Below are positions 55,046 to 64,000 of a stretch of 64,000 nucleotides of DNA, piece after piece. Every line of letters begins with the position of its first letter. Positions within the stretch are counted from its first letter, which is position 1. The DNA comes from Octopus vulgaris (lineage: Eukaryota), in contig OX597815.1 of assembly GCA_951406725.2 (NCBI GenBank), forward strand, positions 141,918,001-141,982,000, given 5' to 3'. The position numbers and the translations under genes are program-made. The notes beneath the pieces were generated by a model, which had not been told where the DNA came from, made no database searches, and saw only the letters and a program-made list of their open reading frames with translations.

Positions 55046-55585
55046 AATTTGAATTATCTTACATAGGATGTGAGCGAGGTGGAGGATTTAAACAACTAAG
55101 CACTTCCCCTTTGTTTCCCATTGAGGGCTTGAATGTTCGTTTTAGAACAGAATCGGATATGCATCGCAATAACAACCATTAAGAGGGAGATCACTATGTA
55201 TTACAAAGTTCTTTAACTCGCACACATCCGAATCTACTGAAATTAATTACCCCATTGGAAAGGGAAGAACACTTGTCACACCTTTGAAAGGTTGGATTTT
55301 ATCAAGGTGAGATTTGCGAAAAAATGTATAAAGATGAATTATTTACGAGCAACATCATTATTGAAGCTTTTAGCAATACTTTTTATGTTTAACTGTACTT
55401 TTTTTCTAATATCGGTAGCGAAAATACAAGGGGTGACATTGACTGGCAATCAAATTGCCGACTACAAATTTAATGGTACCTCATGCATTATTTTCTATAT
55501 TTTCAGTAGGCTACCGATGCCAATCAACAAACTAACCCCGAAACACAGTAATACGCACGCAAACATAAATATATAACATAATATA

Positions 55586-55618
<33 letters not shown>

Positions 55619-55677
55619 TAGATATAGATAGATAGATAGATAGATATATATACATACATATACATATACACACATAC

Positions 55678-55729
<52 letters not shown>

Positions 55730-55872
55730 AAAATTTTGGCTTGTTAAAATATGTTTGTGACATATTACAACTGCTAAAAGGCAAATACACTGCAGTTACC
55801 GTGGAGAAAATAGCTCTCTTATGGTAAAAGATGTGAAACAACCGAATTGTTTGGTGTCGCCATCTATCAGGA

Positions 55873-55919
55873 ATCTTAGGCATCGATGTTTCGAATTTAT
55901 TGATTCTTGTCAACGGGAT
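55873..55919 (-). ncRNA. Decayed hammerhead-like motif
   Basis: atcccg TTGACAA GAAT caataa ATTC GAAAC ATCGAT GCC taagat: palindromic stem III loop, transitions in the core. Confidence 0.45.
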
Positions 55920-55922
55920 GTA

Positions 55923-55963
<41 letters not shown>

Positions 55964-56691
55964 GTCCACATATTATTTGCATCTATTTTAAGGGATATAA
56001 TTAATTTATTGTAACCAGATTCTTGTTAGATATCATACAATTTGAAGTGATCGCTAAGAACTTATATAAATAAACACAATGTGTTCGAGTGTTTCCTAAC
56101 CGTTAGAAATATCGTTATTTACACATTTCTTTCCTATAGTTAGACATCATGATCCATTAATTCCACCATAAATTCATTTTTATAATTTGTCATCCTTGTA
56201 AATAATACGAAATCAACATTTTATTTTCTTCTGAACTGCACAAATGATCATAAACTTTAATGTAATGGATATCTCTAAGACATTAATCACTTGACAAATT
56301 ATTATCCTCAATAATACAATTACTTTGCCGAGAAAAAGTTTTCAAAATTAATTTTAATATATGAGAATGCAATATAAAGGAGGTTTCTTTAAATACATTC
56401 AATGAAACGAAATGAATTTTTGACAATTATTTAGAGGTAGATCAAATGAAAACAATTCAGTAATGTTCAGCTGTATATATAAAAAATAAAACAATCCTTT
56501 AATGGATTCCTTTATATCGTAAAGCCGATATAATGTCGCACATATAATTGCATTCTCTCGATTACAGAAACAAATAAAGTGTCGTAATACCTCTCTTTTT
56601 CTCTGTAGCGTATGCGTGTGTCTGTGAGTGTGTGCGTGTTGCATTTGAAACAGGTTAACTAGTCCTATTATTCCTGAAATGTAGCTAAGTT

Positions 56692-56726
<35 letters not shown>

Positions 56727-56779
56727 ATGTATGTTCGTATACTGTTATATATAAATAGATATGTCTATTTACTCTTTTG

Positions 56780-57017
56780 GTCTTTTATTATTTTATTTGT
56801 TTCAGTTATTTGACTGCGGCTATGCTAGAGCACCTTCTTTACTATATCGAATAGACCCCAGGAATTACTCTTTGTAAGCCTAGTACTTATATCGCTGTCT
56901 TTTGCTTAACCGCTAAGTTACGGGGACGTAAACACACCAGTATCGGTTGTCAATCGATGGTGAGGGGACAAACAGAGACACACAAAATACACCTACACGC
57001 ATACACACACGCACACA

Positions 57018-57055
<38 letters not shown>

Positions 57056-57305
57056 TGGGGGATTCACAGAAAAACAAAAGACGAAGACCGGTGGTGTAAA
57101 CAACAAACAAATGTATTAGTATAACCATCGGGAAGTGAAGAATCTTGAACTTGTTTCAGTTTCCCTCTACCAGGCCCACTCACAAGGCTTTGGACGCCCC
57201 GAGGCTATAGTAGAAGATACTTACCCAGTGTGCCACGCAGTGGGACTGGACCAGGAACCTTGTGGTTGGTAAGCAAGCTTCTTGACACACACTCCCTCCA
57301 GCGAC
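56780..57305 (-). mobile_element. SINE with internal microsatellite, interrupted by a ~100-bp insert
   Basis: Family of 39196-39530; unrelated segment at ~57053-57150 lies within the TA run. Confidence 0.75.
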
Positions 57306-57334
57306 TATACGTGTAAATAATTAAACATACAGAC

Positions 57335-58385
57335 AGTAGAAATATCGGAAAAGACCAATTCGGTTTCAGGAAAGTATTGTCAACGAGAGTGACATTCGCT
57401 ATTATGAGAACTTTAGGGGAAAGGAATATTGCGCATGATCAGGATGTCTTTGGCTGCTTTCGATTTGGGTGATTGTAAGAAGAATGATGAGTTTCCGAAA
57501 AAATATGGGAAGCAATTGGAGAAATAAACACCTAATCAAGACGCTGTACCTGGGCCAGGCAGAAACTATAAATATAGTTCATGGAATGGCTGGACCATTG
57601 GAAGAGGAGTTAGACAAGAATGCTTACGTCCCACTCTTCCTCTTCAGCGTGTATGAGAATGCAATGATGAGGTAGGTGATAGAGGATTTGAAAGAAGTGT
57701 TAGTGTGGCTAACATTTGATACACGCTAAGAGATTTGCAGACAAACAAGCAATGACAGGACACGCACAGCAGAGGGTAAGCATCATTTGAAGGCAAGTCT
57801 GATTGGAGGAGGTAAGAGACAGAAGATGAGAAATCAACCAAAGAAGACCAACGTGATGAAAATTGGAAATTGGAAAGAGTAGTGAAGAGAATCTACAAAT
57901 GAACATCAACAAAAACCAACCGGAGCAGATTCAACAATTTAAATTGCACGAAAGCTTTGGAAAATTGAGAGAGAAACCAGAGCAAGAATGTCGATGACCA
58001 AAGCTGAATTCAACACACATGAAACATTGATCACCAAATGCCTGAACCGTGAACTAAAGGAGCGGGTAAAACTCCTATTCGATGTATGTTCTTCTATGGA
58101 TCAGAAGCATGGACCATCAAGAAGGCCAGCTCTAGGAAACTAGAAAGTTTAAAATATGTTTCTGGAGGTGAATGGAGAAAATCCGCTGTACAGACTATGT
58201 GATCAGCGGAGATATGCTCCGCGATTTCGGCAAAAGTGATGTGTAATTGATACCTTCTGTAGAAGAAAGACGTGATGGATAGGACATATAATGAGGTTAG
58301 TGGGGCTTCTATATACAGTGACTAAAACCAGAAAGCAGAAAAGATTAAGAAGACTGAGCGGAAGTGGGAAGCAATGATGATGATT
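57335..58385 (+). mobile_element. Degenerate RTE-type LINE RT fragment
   Basis: DQFGFRKVLSTRVTFAIMRTLGERNIAHDQDVFGCF...YGSEAWTIKKASSRKLE; short (TGA)n tail. Confidence 0.8.
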
Positions 58386-58752
58386 GATATTAGGCAGATT
58401 GATTTATAGAGTGGAATTGGGTTGGGTATTTAGAATGCATATGTTACTAAAAGGAATTTTTGAAGAATTACAATTTTATGAAAATATCATACAGGCATTA
58501 GCAATTATTTTTCCAAGACAAGGAAAAGTTATTTTTTATTTTATTATTAACTGGAAAACAAAAATTAAATTCTTGAAAACTCTGTGTTACTTGAATAAAT
58601 TTGCAAAAAGCTTTTAAAATACTGAAATTCGTTGAAACACACATGGTGCATCTTCAACTTCTTATCCAATTCTTCTATACACCCACATGCGTGGTAGTAA
58701 ATTGCTTTTACTTTACACGCAGCTAAGTGCGCGCGCATAGACAAACAAAGAA

Positions 58753-58817
<65 letters not shown>

Positions 58818-59689
58818 TGTGTATACATAGAAGCACACTCTAAAGTTACAGCAGTAATGTATTTACAGGAAGATAAACATATGTCCCTCATAGAATGACT
58901 AGTTGTTTTGCATCCATAAAGCGCTTGGTTTTATAGATGACTCGTTAGACTCTAGTGGCCGAGAGTGTATAACCTCTTTTCAAACTGAAGGTAGTGAATT
59001 AATTTCCAAAGGAAAATATACACTATTTGAGCCTTAAATGCGACGAGTTATCAGCTTAGATCTGTCCAGTTGACAGATCATATGGTACCTAAAGGTCGAA
59101 CAGGGAATCATGCAGTTTGCAAGTACTTTTTACACAGCACTAATAAACGAAAATTGAATCCTACACCATCCGCATATAGTGTCTGAAATGAGGACAGGAG
59201 GTATAAATCTTGTATCTTGAGCTTATGAGAGATCCAGCGAGTTTCTTAAGGATCCTTACCCGTTCACTATGTAAAGATTCAATTGTCTGTTCCCGTTGAT
59301 ACAGGACCTCGGCTGCTCTATGCTCCTCCATTTAATTTCGAAGGATGTTCATTTATACTTAAGGCGTCACACATGGCTGGCCAGTGACATGACATAACGT
59401 GTTTCCAAAATACTTTAAGAGGATCTGTGGCTTTGCAAGAGGCACTTAAAGGCAGTTCCGGCCGATCTGATATATCTCCGAACTTGAGTACTTGTATTTA
59501 CGTCTCTGGTGTATCTCCCGTTGCTTCTAGAACAGGATTTGTAAGCTATTGGAAGGTGCCAGCAAAAGGATCTCGAATCTGTTCTCGAATCAGGAAATTT
59601 ATGAAGTCGTGGCACCCTAATTAAAACGAGGGCCTGGCATACAGTCGTTAATGACTGCATTTCATATATGCTAGACCCTAGCAACCGCG

Positions 59690-60490
59690 AAAGAAGCGCC
59701 GCCGGAACGTCGATTATTTTGCCCCAGATTTCTCGATCAGCATTAAACCTTGTGTGGGAACATTATTCCTTAGATTACTAGACATGCTTTCTCACAGGCA
59801 CACAGGTACGGACTTTTGTGTTGTAGGCACAATCTAAGGGTATCCTTTAGCTGCGCACCCATCATGAAAACGCAAGCAGTGACTGATTGTTCATGCAGGG
59901 AGTAAACTGGCTGTCAAGTGGGGGGCGAGCCAATGTGAATCTGAGTGAGTCGTATATGAGGCTGTGCTGGTATCCAGCCTTAACAATCAGAGTAAAAGCA
60001 GCCGCGGTGCATCCAACAAATCGATTACAACAATAGGAATGGAGGAGGTGGCAGCAACATATTAAGCGCCAGCAACGGATTAAGCGGTTGAAACAGCAAC
60101 ACCTACAACTACGACCGCAGCAGAACATACATGAATATCGATGACAACAATTGCATTGGCGGAGGCGGCAGCGTCGGCAATGCATAAAACAGCAGAAACA
60201 ACAGCAACGACTACAGCAACTGCAGCTCCAGCACTGAGGCCGGAGATGACGACATGCAAGTACCAGCAGCCCCAGTGGAGCTACGCCTGGAATTAACAGT
60301 GACAGCAGCCAGGGCATCATCCGCAATAGCAAAGGCAACACCAACTCTACGGCCGGGGTCACTACGGTAAAGACAACAGCTACAGTGATATCGTCAGACG
60401 CACGCTCTCTAATAACTACATCGATGTCGGCTCCAACAACAGCACCAGCAACAGCAACTCCAGATCCGTAACCAACAGTAAATGACTCAG
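59690..60490 (+). mobile_element. PLE relic, same family as 20590-22520
   Basis: RNVDYFAP...VGTLFLRLLD...RHNLRVSFSCAPIMK...DCSCRE*TGCQVGG...VVYEAV, then a CAG/ACA-rich low-complexity tract truncated by (TA)n. Confidence 0.75.
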
Positions 60491-60506
60491 TTTCGGATAT
60501 ATATCG

Positions 60507-60576
<70 letters not shown>

Positions 60577-60699
60577 TTGTCTCAAAATGATCTACTCACT
60601 CTTTGAACTCCCAGTACTCATGTATCTTGTGTTCATGTAGATGTTTATTAATATACATACAATCGTCTGTCAAAGAGTGTGTACATCTTTTTGGGAGAG

Positions 60700-61270
60700 G
60701 GAAAACGAATGAAATACGTAATCAACGAGAAAATTGGAAAACAGGACAAGTAAACACAGAGAAAGGAACCTTCATCGGTCGCCGGCTGTGTATCTACTCC
60801 AAGTATGTTTGTCATCACCATTTTGATGAGACACCCTCTCTATACCGTTTTCTTCCTCCATCCTTCACAAATTCTCTTTATCTCCCCGTCCTTCACCATT
60901 TCTGTATGTCACCTCTCCCCTCTTTTAATCTTTTTTTCTCTCTCATTGCTCACACGCGATCTTCGTCCATCTTTCTTTTACTCAGGTGACGGTCTTTCCT
61001 TTTGTGCACGAATGTTTTAAAAGGTGGACGTTTTTTCTCCCTTTCTTCTATTTTTATCCTTTCAAAATAATATTTCTCCCAGGGTTCACTATTTCCCTTT
61101 ATTTGTATTTATTTTAGAATTTATGGGAGCAACTGTCTTTAAAGACTCATATTGTCGTTGAATACTCGAAAGGAGGAGTAGACAGAAAGCCAACAACTGA
61201 TGAAGGGTCCTTCCTGTGTGTTTACTTGTCCTGTTTTCCATTTTTTATTGCTTTTTACTATGTTCCTCGT
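60700..61270. mobile_element. Element with inverted terminal arms
   Basis: ggaaaacaggacaagtaaacaca...ccttcatcggt...tctactcc (60729-60800) pairs with ggagtaga...actgatgaagg...tgtgtttacttgtcctgttttcc (61174-61246). Confidence 0.8.
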
Positions 61271-61609
61271 TTGTTTATGTATTTCATGTTAATTACACTG
61301 TTCGTGACGACCTGTACACACACACACAAACACACATACACACACACATATGTATATATGTAAACACACACATACACAATGTGTTGTTCTGTGACGGGAA
61401 GGTCACAAAGAAAGACTCCATATATTAAGAGATAATTATTATCTAAGAGGTTCAATACAATTTCTCATAAGAGTTTCTTGTGCTGAGTACATGACAAGCC
61501 TCTCGACACAATCATCAGGAAAAGACCACATGGCATAACGAACTAAAAACTTTTACTTCACTATGCCATATGGGCATATATGCACACACACACACACACT
61601 TTTATATGA

Positions 61610-61770
61610 AGGTGAATGGTTCAATGGTTAGATTGGCAGGCTCACAATCGTAAGTCATTGAGTTCGATTGTGCGCATCTTGAGCAAGACAGCTTATTTTA
61701 TGTTGCACCAGATCACTCAGCTGTAGAAATGTGTTGCGACGTCGCCGGTACCAAGCAGTATATGCCGCTA
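61610..61770 (+). mobile_element. tRNA-derived SINE fragment
   Basis: A-box tggttcaatgg, B-box gagttcgatt; body shared with 37638-37870. Confidence 0.6.
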
Positions 61771-62069
61771 CCTGTTATTACATGACAAATGTAGCCTTAC
61801 TAGTTGGAAAACTCCATGAAGGAAGAGGCGGAAATGTTAGATTACTGCGACTTAAAATGTATTACATCTTTGCATGACTGTGCTTCCAGAAACAGCCCTT
61901 GGATTTTAACGAACAATAAGCACATAGATTTATAACATTCTCTGCACTCCATCAATTCTGTGCATGTAATCTTAATACCGTTATTATTATAAGTAGGAAT
62001 ATATATCTTATGTTTTTAATGTATTCATAGCATATTTATATAGTTGTATCTATACATAGATATATATAC

Positions 62070-62137
<68 letters not shown>

Positions 62138-62643
62138 TGTATTTTTGATTTGTTATTATGTGTATTTATGTATTTATAAATCTATATATTTTAGTGCATG
62201 ATTTTGTGTACAAAACTTTTACAGCAGAATATATTTTAGTAACTCACATATGGTCATGCACCATTAGTTTTCAGACACACACATACACATATATGTATAT
62301 ATAATCGGCCTCAATACTAGCACGTTTCTATGCTTTTGCCAAACAGCTATGTTACGTGAACCTGAGCCTACCACCAGTTGTCAAGGGGTCAGCGAGGAAC
62401 AAACACAGGAACAAAAGACTCATTACACGTACGTGGAAAACGAACTGAACCTAGGACAATTATACTTTTCAGGTCTAGTATTTATTTTGTCGGTGTTTCT
62501 TTCCGAAACAAACCAACACTCGTTGTGAAGCAGTAGTGAGGGATAAACATAAAAAAAAAACGGAGACAAACACAAACACACATACATATATGTGAGTATA
62601 CATATATATGAAGGTTAGTCATTGTATTTCTCTTATATATATA

Positions 62644-63030
62644 TGGATGGAAGCACTCCGTCGGTTACGACGATGAGGGTTCCGGTTGATCCGAATCAAC
62701 GGAACAGCCTGCTCGTGAAATTAACGTGTAAGTGGCTGAGCACTCCACAGACACGTGTACCCTTAACGTAGTTCTCGGGGATATTCAGCGTGACACAGAG
62801 AGTGACAAGGCCGGCCCTTTGAAATACAGGTACAACAGAAACAGGAAGTAAGAGTGAGAGAAAGTTGTGGTGAAAGAGTACAGCAGGGATCACCACCATC
62901 CTATACCGGAGCGTCGTGGAGCTTTAGGTGTTTTCGCTTAATAAACACTCACAACGCCCGGTCTGGGAATTGAAACCGCGATCCTATGACCGCGCGTCCG
63001 CTGCTCTAACCACTGGGCCATTGCGCCTCC
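62644..63030 (-). mobile_element. Full-length tRNA-derived SINE (octopus OR-type)
   Basis: Minus head ggaggcgcaaTGGCCCAGTGGttagagcagcggac...GGTTTCAATTCCcagacc (A and B boxes); 3' end gtaaccgacggagtgcttcca; inserted in (TA)n. Family name is from recollection. Confidence 0.85.
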
Positions 63031-63066
63031 ACTCATATATATATATATACATATATACATATATAA

Positions 63067-63145
<79 letters not shown>

Positions 63146-63359
63146 TATCGATGTACATACATACGTATATACCCATATATACATATAGGCATATACCACG
63201 GTTTTCCTCCGAAGAAATTCATTCACATTGCTTTGATCGACTCGAGGCTATAGTAATAGAGACTTATCCAAGGTCTCACGCAGTGGAACTGAAGCATGAA
63301 TCATGGTTTGGAAAGTATGCTACTTACCACGCAGCAATGGCTGCATTTGTGATACAATT

Positions 63360-63500
63360 TTTTGTATTGCCCACAGGGGGCTAAACGTAGAGGCGACAAT
63401 CAAAGACCGACAGTGGTATTAAGTTGATTATATCGACCTTAGTGCGTAACTAATATTATTTAATAGACCCCGAAAGGATGAAATGCAAAGTCGCCACCTT
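63360..63500 (-). mobile_element. SINE 3' fragment (family of 7495-7719)
   Basis: cccacagggggctaaac...gaccccgaaaggatgaaatgcaaagtc. Confidence 0.7.
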
Positions 63501-64000
63501 TGCATTTGTGATATATTATACTTCTGATTTCAACCTCCCACAAATAAAGGCGCATTTTCTGCTGTGTGTGTGAGCACGTACAAACGTGAGACGGATTGTG
63601 TGTGTTCGATGGACTACAGGTCACGAGGTTTTAGTGAATATTGCAGTCAGTTGGGCAAAACTTAGGGTTTCCGGATTTGCACCAACTGCAAACTTATAAT
63701 TGCAATATTATATTATACTCATATCATAATGTTTTTTATTGATATATGTACATATATGTGTGTCTGCCTGTGTGTGTGTCTGTGTCTGTGTATCTGTGTC
63801 TGTGTGCGTGTGTCCTGGCTTGTTTTCATGGCAACCAGTGTTCTGTGCCCGTGTCTGTATGTCAGAAATCGTTTTTCCGCCATTCCTTCTTGCAACTATC
63901 TCTCTGACAATACAAATTTCTACCAACTCATATTCTTCCAGTGAAGCATGAACAATAAGACTAGATCCACACCCTCCACCATCGCCATCGCCAATAATCC

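Noticed and set aside
55334-55475. Signal-peptide-like ORF segment MNYLRATSLLKLLAILFMF
   Set aside because: The hydrophobicity is explained by T-richness; the donor is weak (GTACCT) and no downstream exon was found.
59862-60362. 166-aa Cys-rich ORF (metallothionein/keratin-like)
   Set aside because: It is the antisense reading of the CAG/CAA-rich PLE spacer.
62955-63030. tRNA gene
   Set aside because: The A/B boxes belong to a SINE head continuous with the SINE body; no proper cloverleaf end.

Overview
AT-rich, microsatellite-dense animal DNA. The SINE families, the (TA)n/(CA)n/(GATA)n load and the abundance of Penelope-like elements (PLEs) suggest an octopus genome; this is inferred from recognised repeats, not from a search. 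One host gene is supported: a 4-coding-exon, + strand gene (36045-36203, 43580-43619, 50165-50242, 50688-51223; 813 nt, 270 aa). It encodes a predicted membrane-anchored or secreted protein ending in a spongin short-chain collagen C4 / NC1-like Cys-rich domain, with no Gly-X-Y repeat in the exons found. The rest is mostly transposon debris: PLE fragments (RT, GIY-YIG), RTE, CR1-group, Tx1-like and R4/Dong-like LINE relics, a Helitron helicase relic, a deleted mariner, MITEs, two solo LTRs and many SINEs. The most striking unannotated signal is about nine minimal type-I hammerhead-ribozyme-like motifs, including a 525-bp foldback carrying two outward-facing ones. A PLE family whose GIY-YIG motif is split by a long low-complexity spacer also appears twice. 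Nearly all ORFs in the supplied track are microsatellite artefacts. Repeat boundaries without a TSD or TIR are approximate.
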